DNA from: Eledone cirrhosa
Taxonomy: Eukaryota
Assembly: GCA_964016885.1 (NCBI GenBank)
Contig: OZ024742.1
Span: 126,046,001 to 126,110,000, forward strand
Direction of reading: 5' to 3'
DNA: 64,000 bases
The position numbers and the translations under genes are program-made. This document shows positions 53,135-64,000 of this stretch, in pieces. How positions within the stretch are numbered: position 1 is the first letter of the stretch; each line of letters starts with the position of its first letter. The notes under the pieces are model-generated. The model saw only the letters and a program-made list of their open reading frames with translations, was not told the origin of the DNA and ran no database searches.

Positions 53135-54620
53135 CACAGGTTCTCAACCCATTTAAGCCAAACGCCCCGTTGTCCCTCGAAATCATGAAACGCCCCCCTA
53201 CCCTATTTTTCCATTTTTCTACTGATTTTGATATCAGTAGATTACTGAAAAATTAACAATATTCCAAAGATACCATTGCAGGCAGCTGAGAGTATAAATA
53301 CATTCCTTGAAAGGAAATATATAAATTTCAAAAAAAGGAACATAAATGTTCTTTTTTATGAATAAGGACCAGTTGAATTTGTTATATTCCCACCAGGCAT
53401 TACCAGCTATTTTGAACATTTATACAAGAGCAACTCTGTCTATCCCAAGACGGATAGAATGCTTTGCGGTATTTGGAAGAAAGTGGCAATTATATCATTT
53501 CAAAGCTTTCCAATTTTCCCTTTAATGAAACCGACAGAATAAATGTTGATATCTAACTTGATGTCCTCTCTGCTTTGTGAACTTAGAGACCACGGAAGAG
53601 GGTTTTCATGACCACGCGAGAAGGTATATTTATTATTAAATGGTAAAATATATACAACAAATGAGTAAGTGAATTGTAGTAGATGGTTTCCAGTCTAGTC
53701 AGACTGCAACTACAAATAAAAAAATTGTTAGTTTGCTTTGTAACAATAGCATATCCAAGTTTTCGGATAAATCAACTTACTTTAACTTTGACCTCATTTC
53801 AATGGGACCCTTGAGCTTCATGGAGTCTAGCTAACTCTTTGACGTTAAGCTGTATTTTCCTAAGATGTAGCCAGAGATCTCCACGTGTAATTACATTGTA
53901 GCGGTTGCGAGACTTACTGTGCAGTCTGGAAACAGCATCAAACCTCCTCTCGACTAAGTATGAGCTTGGAAAAGGCAGAGCAAATCTCTTAGCTTCTGCA
54001 TGTAGATGTGGAAATCGACACTGAATTTCCTGTTGCATCCCAAAAAGGGGTTCACCTATTTTGGGAAATCTAATTTTGATCATGTCATCTGATTGAAGTT
54101 CAATGAATTCTTCCTGAAATTTAACATCCAAATTGTCGACGTTAGCTATGAAGTGATCTGCTATCCACATTGGAATGTCCATCGGCAAAAGGTTGACAAA
54201 CCATTCTCTCATGTTGTCTTGTAGCGCACGGAGGTGAGTGGTATAAATTTGGAGTTGGTCATCGCTTACAATGTTTTGAACATTGGCGACACTAGGAAAA
54301 TTATAGAATTCCCGTCAACAAAGATTCCTTTCGATGACATTCAATTTGGCCAGGAATGTTTTCACAGCATTCCTTGCTTTAAGCAAGGTGATCTTCTTCC
54401 CCTGCAAAGCCAAAATGACGCTATTGCTTTTGTCGAAGATGTCGGTGAGGTAGGGGGTTTTTTGTACAGTTCTGCATTGCGTCCTCGCAGAAACTCAATG
54501 ATAGAGTCGAAGAGTTCAAAGAAGTGAGTAAAGCACTTGCCCTTTGAAAGCCACCTCACTTCAGTATGAAGGAGCAACTTGATGAATTCTTCGACATTAT
54601 CTTGGCACAGTTGCCGCAAA
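53135..54620 (-). mobile_element. hAT (Charlie/Buster) transposon, 3' half
   Basis: LLLHTEVRWLSKG and LPFPSSYLVER dimerisation motifs; terminus-like caggttctcaacc. Confidence 0.88.
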
Positions 54621-56159
54621 GCATTCTATCCGACGTTCTAACAACTATGCCAATTCGCCGGCTTAACGATTACTTAATGTTAATTTGATGAGTGTACCAT
54701 CTTAAATTTGATGAGTGTACTATTTTAAATATGAAGAAAGTACGATCATAAAAAACGGGATTGGTTATTACTACATAGTCCCAAATCGACCCTCATAGAG
54801 CTGACTTATACCAAAGAAATGCCTGCGATGCCCACGAAAACTTTATTTCAGATATAATGTTATCTCTAACAGGCTACCTCGATTGTATGTTTTAAAAAAT
54901 AATCAGGCGACTGAGAGGAGTTGCCGTCAGTGGGGATTAGATCAGAAATCAATAGTTATAACAGAGACACGAAAGCTTTTTCTTCATCGATATTTTATCA
55001 GAAACATGGTAAATAATAACGTGGCAGGCAGCGATATGATAAATCATGTCAGTGGGGCATTTGACCAAATGTCTACAAGCTATAAATAAGTCTTCTTGAG
55101 ACGAGCTGACCGAGGCTAGAGAAACAACAGCAACGATACATTTTATGAACATCAAAATGACGATAGCCTTTCAGTAGCCAAAATCTACCTCCAAATGCAT
55201 CCTACAGTGTTAAAAAATGAAGAAATAAATACAGTTTTTTTTAGAAAGAACGAAATCATGGCTGGTGTATACTCGATCATCAGTCAAAACTGATATGGGG
55301 TTAATAACATGTGCAGTAAACAATAAAACGATTTTTTTTTTTTTTTGTTTCTTCCCAGAAGTGGCGAGATGACGTATAGGATATATCCGAATAAGAGGAT
55401 GTAGGAGAAACATTCTCTATCTATGACTAAAGATACTATTTAAACTTTCACAAGGAACCCCTTTTATGTATCTTATTCATATACGGGGAACATCATTGTT
55501 AACGACACCGTTTAGGGTCTCAATTTCAAATATTAATTATTAGATGCGGTATGACTGTCTTTGGTGTGTCTAGCCATATTGCAGTGTTTTTGGTGGACTT
55601 ATTCGCTGGAAGGAATGTTTTAACATACTGCCCGCTCGACATTTCCGGGAATAAGTGAGTGAAGAAGAAGACGAATCATTAGATACAGATGCTATTAATT
55701 ATCCGTCTTTAATGGGGCAGAAAAGCATAGAGGCGGTTCTACTTTCAGTTCTATCACTACTCACCAAGACAGCTACGAAAATATAAATCATTACTGTTGC
55801 AGTTAATGTTTCTTAAATAATCATTAAACGAACAATCCAAGATCGATTGTGTTCGTATATTTCTGTCATATTTGAATGTTCCTAGTCAAAAGACTAGTAA
55901 AACTATTTATTATTTAAAGTTCTCGATACTTTCAAAAAGTAGAATGTATATTCATTACATATAAACCCGATTGTCAAGCTTCAATAGTTCAAATGAAATT
56001 AACAATTTTCATAAGGCCGTTGGGCTTACATTTAACGTATATTTATGTGTTGTTAACGCTAAAACAAAAGGATGACGTGGGTCGTCTAAAACAGTGTATT
56101 GAGGCTGTTTGCTTGCAAACGAATCGAATATTATTATTCAATATAAAACTCACAAAAGC

Positions 56160-56198
<39 letters not shown>

Positions 56199-56202
56199 GG
56201 AA

Positions 56203-56380
56203 AATAGTCAGGACCCCGACGGTTGAGGTCCGACAGCTTTTTCAGAAATAGCTGTCTCGAAACGGCCGGAGCTCAGCCGTCGGGGTCTTGACTCTTTTCC
56301 TATTACCCACTCTACTATCCATAGTATCGAGTAATCTGGTGCGTTATGATCCACCAGATTCCTTACCACACTTCCTTCGT
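56203..56380. mobile_element. Short structured element in (TA)n; partial reverse copy at 36530-36667
   Basis: Shared acgaagga..tgtggtaagga..gagtgggtaatagga sequence and a long hairpin. Confidence 0.6.
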
Positions 56381-56425
<45 letters not shown>

Positions 56426-57678
56426 ACATATATACACACACACATAGATGTACATATAATATTATTACTATTATATGTAAGCTGTGGTGGATATGTAACA
56501 TTAAGCAACAACTAAGGCATTTTGACAATAACAAGGTCGTTGCTAGTATAAACTATCTTAGCTAATACACATCAGTGCCTACGAAGAGAGCTCTTATGTG
56601 GCCGCTCCCACCGTTAGAAATAGCAACTAAACTTTCTAATCACATTCTATGATCTTTAAAAAAGAAAAGAGAAAAAGGACACACTGATTACTGTAGTCCT
56701 TCATACACAATGTGTGAAATAAAAGACGAGATGGCTGTTATTCTAGGAATTCGTCTAGACACCAGTTGATTGATATCAAGGCAAAAATAAACTTGGGAAA
56801 CTTTAGCCATAAAATCAACGTTATAGATAACAACAAATAACTATAATAAATGCAAGTGCGAAAATATGTGCTATTCGTCATGTGATCTTTCTTTTATAAT
56901 TAGCTAGAATTCACTTGCTTTATATATATATATATATATATCAGTTGAATAGTTCTCCTGGATATTTTGTGGTAAGCTAGACAAAACAAATAGCCATATA
57001 TATTAATTTGTGTAAAATCCGCATATATAAAAACAAATAATTAAATTCTATAATAAAATATTTTAAAACTACTACTGTTAGACTAGATAGGACTTTAGAA
57101 AGTAAATAAAAGGCAAATGAGAGCGAATGCAAGCAGGATCAATGATTTTTGTGTAGAATTAACATACCACAAAATAAATTAAGTATAGTTAATAGGTCAA
57201 AATAATGTAAAAACTTACCATAAGCTACGATAGAAAGCAATCCTAAAGTGATGAAAATCTGCATTTTTTTCTTACAACGAGGAAGAGATAATATCGTCAT
57301 TTGCATTAACTCGGATACATGCTTTTCAAGAAATTTAGTAACCTGCGGTGAATGTCTTAATCATGGAACTAAGGGAAATAATTGTTTCTACGTTAGGCAC
57401 AAGGCCAGCAATAAGGGAAATAATTCAGTCAGATTATTACTAGCTTAGTTTATTACGTTTGTGTGTGTGTGCCTGTCTATCTGCCCGTGTGTATATATGT
57501 GTGTGTGTTTCGATGCTTTAAAGAACAAAATTGTTTATAAATATTCGTCCAGGCGATTATTTTTGTTGTTTCTAAGTATTTAAATACTTTCGTTTTTATT
57601 AATTGTTATTGTTATTATTCATATATTTAGTTGCATTTTTATATATTTATTTTAAGCATGTACATACTTACATGCATG

Positions 57679-58092
57679 CATGGTGGTTGCCAACTCGTTT
57701 TCGAGTACGGCCACTACTTTATATGAATGTAGGAGAACCCCTACCGATGCGCTGAACGAGTGTGACTTTTTAGTCCAGCCAGCGACCTGAAAACTCTGGT
57801 ACAAACACTACATCTGTGACAATTATTGACACATAGTGCTGGGCCCTTGGTACCATGTGACGACAAGTGCAGAGAGATCTCCAGATACAAAGCAATGCCT
57901 GTGCCGTGAAGCTTTTATAGTGAGCAAAGGCACTGCACAAAGCCAGTCCCACTCTCTTAACCAAGATGATATTTACCAAAAAGAAGAACAAGTCAACATC
58001 ATTGGATACCATCAGGGTTGCAGGTGTTATATCAGAGTTTTCCTTCTTCTAGAATTCTGCCTTGACAAAGGCTAAGGGGTCATCTCTCCCGT
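57679..58092. repeat. 414-bp direct repeat, second copy at 60284-60697
   Basis: Same length and highly similar sequence; flanks a LINE-tail-like insert. Confidence 0.92.
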
Positions 58093-58310
58093 TGATTTTG
58101 GATGGCCATTGACTCTTAAGAGCTCCTTTTCCCTTTGACAGGTTTTGTTTTTAGTCCTGCAGGATGTCCAAAGTCACCCTCCTCACCAAGAAACCTTGGT
58201 GGGGTTGCCAGTTTAGTCGCCAACGACCCGACCATGAGACAGGTTGTACTGGGATACATGTTACCAGTAGCACCAACTGGTGACCTGACATGCATGCATA
58301 CATACATACA
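58093..58310 (+). mobile_element. LINE 3'-UTR-like fragment with (CATA)n tail
   Basis: Ends in a catgcatgcatacatacataca tail and sits between the 414-bp repeats. Family is inferred. Confidence 0.5.
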
Positions 58311-60281
58311 TATAGCGGAAATACTAACGTGTATGAATGTAACAAGGAGACATCGTTTGTGTGTATAATATTTAATCAACAATTTAACAGTATAGTTGAC
58401 ATGTCAATGAATAAACGAAAGAATGAAGCAAAGTTAGTAGTTACCGTTTTGATTGCCAGGCAAACGCGGCTGGCAGAAGACGCCTGGCGAAGGCCAGGCG
58501 CCGGTAGGGCAAATGAGAGAGTGAGAACTTAAAGTTGTTAGTTTTATAGGGTTCTGACCGGAAGTTACAGAAAGGGTTCTACTTCCTGCCTAGATGGTGT
58601 TGTGAGTGTCACAACAAGGGAGGCAACTGCTACATAACCTCCCGCCAGAATTTTAGTGTATAAAAATCGAATGAAATATGTAGCAAGTTGGCGAGAATGT
58701 TGTAACAGGCATGAAAATTACGACAAAAGAATGTTTGCAAAAATCAATGATAGATATCAAGGTAGCCAACCGCTCTTGGCCAGAGAACGACTGGACATCT
58801 ATCTATCCATCACCCAAAGATACAATGTAACAAAGTAAGAGAAGAGCTCAAAGTTCAAATGTACAAAATATAGTTCACAGGTGTGCAATCACATGACAGC
58901 AGGAAAGAAAGTGTGTTCCAGAGAATGAATGCAGGTGGTTTCTCTTCTGTGGTATATCGTGAAATTTCCAACCTCCGAATGGATTTTCTCACAGGAAGAG
59001 TGCTGCAAAAATAAATTCTCTGGCTTGTTCTGCTGGTTTTGGTTGTTGGTGAAGCTGTGTTGCTGTTGATGTTGTTGTCTCGCGGAGTGAGCGTATTCGG
59101 TGTTTAAATTCACAGTAAAAAAAATTTTTTCGGAAAAAATGAGTTGCGCAAAGTGTTAGAAATAACAGCCGAAGTTGATGGTCGATGTTGAGAATGCGTT
59201 GACCTGGAAGGGTCAAGAGGCCAGCGACCAAAGAAATAAGCATTCTGAATAAATGCGCAGTGTTCAACGGCAAATTTACGTGGTAAATTTTTAAACCGGC
59301 AAATAGGAGAATATAGCTTAAGGCTGAAGAATCCTTGGCGAGAAACGTTATCTCTGGCGTGCGGCTATCTCTGTGAGTCGAGATATCTCCGTGAGTTGAG
59401 AATTTGTGCTGCCTACACATGCCAATACAAGGTTAAGTTAGGTTGAAAAAATAATATTTCTAACGCGCGAGAAAATGATAGTGCAAGTATGAAAGTGACA
59501 ATGATGAAAAAGAAAGGCTTCACTCAGCATAATTATTGGTGTGAACTTTGGAAAAAAAAAACTTGAACGATGAAGAAAACGATGAAAAAAAAAAGGCAAT
59601 GGTTCATCGAAAATAAATGTTCCTGTTGAAATGTTTTTAAAAAAAAAAAAATATCAAATTTCTTTTTTTTTTTTTGTTTTGAAAGTGTTCGTTGTAAGAA
59701 ACGAGAAACATATATATATATATATCGTGAAATGCGACAGTTAGTTGATGCGTGAGAGAAAAAGTCTGTCTGAACGCGAATTTCACATGTGCGTGTGTGC
59801 GTTTCTTTGACTGAGTATTTTCATAGTTTGTCAATAAATTTGCTGTGTATTCGTAATGTTACTCACACAACACCAGATTCTGCTATTTTTTCTTTTTTCG
59901 GGGTGACCACTTATAACAATGAATGGCTGCGTGTTCGTATCACGTTAGGGTTACCAATATAGCGGGAATACTAGCGTGTATGAATGTAACAAGGAGACAT
60001 CGTTTGTATGTATAATATTTAATCAACAATTTAACAGTATAGTTGACATGTCAATGAATAAACGAAAGAATGAAGCAAAGTTAGTAGTTACCGTTTTGAT
60101 TGCCAGGCAAACGCGGCTGCCAGAAGACGCCTGGCGAAGGCCAGGCGCCGGTAGGGCAAATGAGAGCGTGAGAACTTAAAGTTGTTAGTTTTATAGGGTT
60201 CTGACCGGAAGTTACAGAAAGGGTTCTACTTCCTGTCTAGATGGTGTTGTGAGTGTCACAACAAGGGAGGCAACTGCTACA
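58311..60281 (-). mobile_element. Non-autonomous LTR retrotransposon (Gypsy-like, about 2 kb)
   Basis: 324-bp LTRs at 58311-58634 and 59958-60281, TACA TSD, tRNA-Trp-like PBS TGGTAACCCTAACGTGAT (59939-59956), PPT ggcgggaggtta (58635-58646). Confidence 0.88.
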
Positions 60282-60719
60282 TACATGATGGCTGCCAACT
60301 CGTTTTCGAGTACGGCCACTACTTTATATCCATGTAGGAGAACCCCTACCGATGTGCTGAACGAGTGTGACTTTTTAGTCCAGCCAGCGACTTGAAAACT
60401 CTGGTACAAACACTACACTTGTGACAATTATTGACACATAGTGCTGGGCCCATGGTACCATGTGACGACAAGTGCAGAGAGATCTCCAGATATAAAGCAA
60501 TACCTGTGCCGTGAAGCTTTTATAGTGAGCAAAGGCACTGCACAAAGCCAGTCCCACTCTCTTAACCAAGATGATATTTACCAAAAAGAAGAACAAGTCA
60601 ACATCATTGGATACCATCAGGGTTGCAGGTGTTATAACAGAGTTATCCTTCTCCTAGAATTCTGCCTTGACAAAGGCTAAGGAGTCATCTCTCCCGTATA
60701 TATACACACTTCTACATAC

Positions 60720-60750
<31 letters not shown>

Positions 60751-61863
60751 CATACACATATACATATATTCATATATATATATATATGTATGCACATTTA
60801 TATATCATCATCATCTTCGTTTATATATACATATATGTATATTCATATATACATATATAATATATATATTAGCAAAAAGGAAAAGAAAATGATGACAAAT
60901 TTTTCACTGAAAAAAAATTGTCAGCACTTTCCTTTCCCTTTCACCACCATATCACAACTTGTGTGTCACACTTCTATTTTTTTTTAAATATACATATGTA
61001 TGTATATCCATATAGGGATATGTATGTATATTTATATAGGGATATACATATGTATGTATACCTATATATATATATATATGTATATTTATATATATATTAT
61101 TATTATAACGTCAAAGCATTTTAGTATAAAAGAATAATAACGAATCCCCCACTCACCCTCACTATCCTATTTCCACTGTCAGTTGCAGAATTAACTCCAC
61201 CCTAACCATATTTCTAACAAAATATATTGTCCACACGTTTCATTTTTTTAAAAATAATCAATCAAGAATTTTGATGGATTTAGTAAAATAGCTATTTCCC
61301 CATTATGTAGATGTTGTTTAGAACATAAGGTAAACAGATGATTCTTATGTAAAATTTTGAGAGCAGATTTAAATCTAAATAAATATAACTTTAAAACAGA
61401 CGATTTTTTTTATCATACATTAGTGTTAAAATAAAAACAAAAATATTTCCCCACCAATAACATTGGTAATGTAGTAGTACTTCAGGTGTGGAATTGTGAC
61501 TCTCTAAAAGATAATTCTTTTGGCAGTTCTAATGAGGCACCATTAATTGATTAAGGTAACATTTGTCTGTTTTTGACCAGGAAAACAAGTGAAGAATTTC
61601 CTCATTTGCATAGCCTAACAATTCAAAAATGTAACTCATGAGAAAATACCTACAACTCCTTCAGAATTGATAAAATATGAGGATATCTGCTATGAAAATT
61701 CTGCACCCCAAATAAATGGCCAGGTTTGGTACAGAGAAGCCCAGATTTTTTCCCTTTTGGACAATATTGACATCTATCTATCTATATACTATTCTATGTA
61801 CTATTCTATGTACTATATTGACGAGTTGTGGTGCACCTGAGCACTTTACACAATAATTTCATT

Positions 61864-61911
<48 letters not shown>

Positions 61912-62287
61912 ACGTGGTAGAAAACAAACCTGCTACAAGCTATAACTGTGAAGGGGTTGGTGTTAAGAAGTGCATCCAGCCGGAGAAACCAGACCAAGAT
62001 TGAAAGTATGAGCAAGACATATTTGTCTGACTTGCCTGTCTAGTATCAGAGCATGACAACTCATCTAACCCATGCAAACATGGAAAATAGATGTAAAGTG
62101 GTGATGATTATATATATACTTATATATATATATATATACACACATACATAACGGCGATGAATTAGTTTTGCGAGGTTTTTGATATGAAATCGTGTGTCGA
62201 AACAAACATTGCTACACCTGGGAAGGGCCACACTTGTGTAATAATTTGTGCAATAATACTGCCAGAACCAACAACAGAACACACCCA

Positions 62288-62338
62288 CTGTTAGCGACAC
62301 AGAACTGTTAGCGACACAGAACTGTTAGCGACACAGAA
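62288..62338. repeat. 17-bp tandem repeat x3
   Basis: ctgttagcgacacagaa x3. Confidence 0.9.
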
Positions 62339-62417
62339 GCAACAACCAACCAAACAGCGAGCGTGTTCCGCTACCCATTCTGGTAACACTATTACACAAA
62401 TACGACCCTCCCCAAGT

Positions 62418-62462
<45 letters not shown>

Positions 62463-62750
62463 CAAATAACGAAACGAAATTAAATTTCGTTTCGTTTGTA
62501 ACTCACTTTTGTATGACTGACGCTTAAACAATTAAATTAAAAATGTACATCCACATATGTATACTGAAATACTAGTATGCATATGAATACACACACGTGT
62601 ACATATGTAGATGTACCGAGTTTTTCACTGGACACTTTACTGTGAGTGTCCAGCTATTCTGTATGTAAACACACAGACAAACCGGTTTTTAGAGTCATAC
62701 TGGTTTTCGAGGAAACACCTTTCCTCTATTCTCCAGAAAGCCAGACAAGG

Positions 62751-62795
62751 AATATTGGACTAGTTTCGATGTTGTTACATCTCATCAGCAATATT
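62751..62795 (-). ncRNA. Type I hammerhead ribozyme, copy 1
   Basis: Minus strand reads AAUAUUG-CUGAUGA-GAUGU(AACA)ACAUC-GAAA-CUAG-UC^-CAAUAUU: stem I of 7 bp, complete core, stem II of 5 bp, palindromic minimal stem III (ACUAGU) and a GUC cleavage site at 62758/62757. Confidence 0.92.
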
Positions 62796-62880
62796 TACCT
62801 ATCTTCCGGCCTTTCTAGAGAATCGTAAAAGCACATATCATTATATGCTTTTTATATGAAAATTAGTAGTGGGCAGACTA

Positions 62881-62888
62881 ATTTGCAT
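62881..62888 (-). promoter_or_regulatory. Octamer motif ATGCAAAT in each repeat unit (also 63349-63356 and 63815-63822)
   Basis: Perfect ATTTGCAT on the plus strand, about 85 nt upstream of the hammerhead in the minus direction. Function is inferred. Confidence 0.45.
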
Positions 62889-63218
62889 AGAGCGTGAGTA
62901 CGTACCGGTTCAGCGGAGACGATAAAAAAACAAATAACGAAACGAAATTAAATTTCGTTTCGTTTGTAACTCACTTTTGTATGACTGACGCTTAAACAAT
63001 TAAATTAAAAATGTACATCCACATATGTATACTGAAATACTAGTATGCATATGAATACACACACGTGTACATATGTAGATGTACCGAGTTTTTCACTGGA
63101 CACTTTACTGTGAGTGTCCAGCTATTCTGTATGTAGACACACAGACAAACCGGTTTTTAGAGTCATACTGGTTTTCGAGGAAACACCTTTCCTCTATTCT
63201 CCAGAAAGCCAGACAAGG

Positions 63219-63263
63219 AATATTGGACTAGTTTCGATGTTGTTACATCTCATCAGCAATATT
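63219..63263 (-). ncRNA. Type I hammerhead ribozyme, copy 2
   Basis: Identical to copy 1; predicted cleavage at 63226/63225. Confidence 0.92.
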
Positions 63264-63684
63264 TACCTATCTTCCGGCCTTTCTAGAGAATCGTAAAAGC
63301 ACATATCGTTATATGCTTTTTCTATGAAAATTAGTAGTGGGCAGACTAATTTGCATAGAGCGTGAGTACGTACCGGTTCAGCGGAGACGATAAAAACAAA
63401 TAACGAAACGAAATTAAATTTCGTTTCGTTTGTAACTCACTTTTGTATGACTGACGCTTAAACAATTAAATTAAAAATGTACATCCACATATGTATACTG
63501 AAATACTAGTATGCATATGAATACACACACGTGTACATATGTAGATGTACCGAGTTTTTCACTGGACACTTTACTGTGAGTGTCCAGCTATTCTGTATGT
63601 AAACACACAGACAAACCGGTTTTTAGAGTCATACTGGTTTTCGAGGAAACACCTTTCCTCTATTCTCCAGAAAGCCAGACAAGG

Positions 63685-63729
63685 AATATTGGACTAATTT
63701 CGATATTGTTACATCTCATCAGCAATATT
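63685..63729 (-). ncRNA. Type I hammerhead ribozyme, copy 3 (variant)
   Basis: Core intact. Two C>U changes (stem II ACAUC>AUAUC; stem III ACUAGU>AUUAGU) both give G-U wobbles. Confidence 0.85.
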
Positions 63730-64000
63730 TACCTATCTTCCGGCCTTTCTAGAGAATCGTAAAAGCACATATCATTATATGCTTTTTATATGAAAATTAG
63801 TAGTGGGCAGACTAATTTGCATAGAGCGTGAGTACGTACCGGTTCAGCGGAGACGATAAAAACAAATAACGAAACGAAATTAAATTTCGTTTCGTTTGTA
63901 ACTCACTTTTGTATGACTGACGCTTAAACAATTAAATTAAAAATGTACATCCACATATGTATACTGAAATACTAGTATGCATATGAATACACACACGTGT

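Larger units (their letters stand above)
62457..64000 (-). repeat. Tandem array of 466-468-bp hammerhead-bearing units (retrozyme-like satellite); 3 full units plus a partial unit, continuing beyond the window
   Basis: Near-identical units at 62457-62922, 62923-63390, 63391-63856 and 63857-end. The array abuts a (TA)n tract at its left edge. Confidence 0.95.

Noticed and set aside
61581-61723. Plus-strand exon candidate
   Set aside because: No frame is open from acceptor to donor.
62646-62828. 60-aa ORF repeated in each unit
   Set aside because: GTG start, no recognisable domain, antisense to the ribozyme; its recurrence only reflects the repeat.

Overview
Eukaryotic, AT-rich, repeat-dominated genomic DNA. 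The mix of RTE LINEs, tRNA-derived SINEs and (TA)n/(CA)n/(GAT)n microsatellites suggests a mollusc, probably an octopus; this is an inference. Nearly all listed ORFs are transposon remnants or microsatellite noise. Mobile elements I can identify: RTE, Tx1/L1 and CR1 LINE pieces, a Penelope-like element, hATm and hAT-Charlie DNA transposons, Helitrons, a small non-autonomous LTR element and two SINE families. Host-gene evidence is sparse: a probable minus-strand signal-peptide first exon (32330-32396), a candidate 12-nt microexon (2333-2344), a strand-ambiguous exon-like block near 22.1-22.2 kb and a plus-strand exon resembling the end of a RhoGEF DH domain (47326-47403). The strongest finding is at the right end (62457-64000): a young tandem array of 466-468-bp units. 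Each complete unit carries a minus-strand type I hammerhead ribozyme, an octamer motif and several hairpins, making it a retrozyme/satellite-2-like candidate for self-cleaving (possibly circular) RNA. All calls were made by eye, without database searches.
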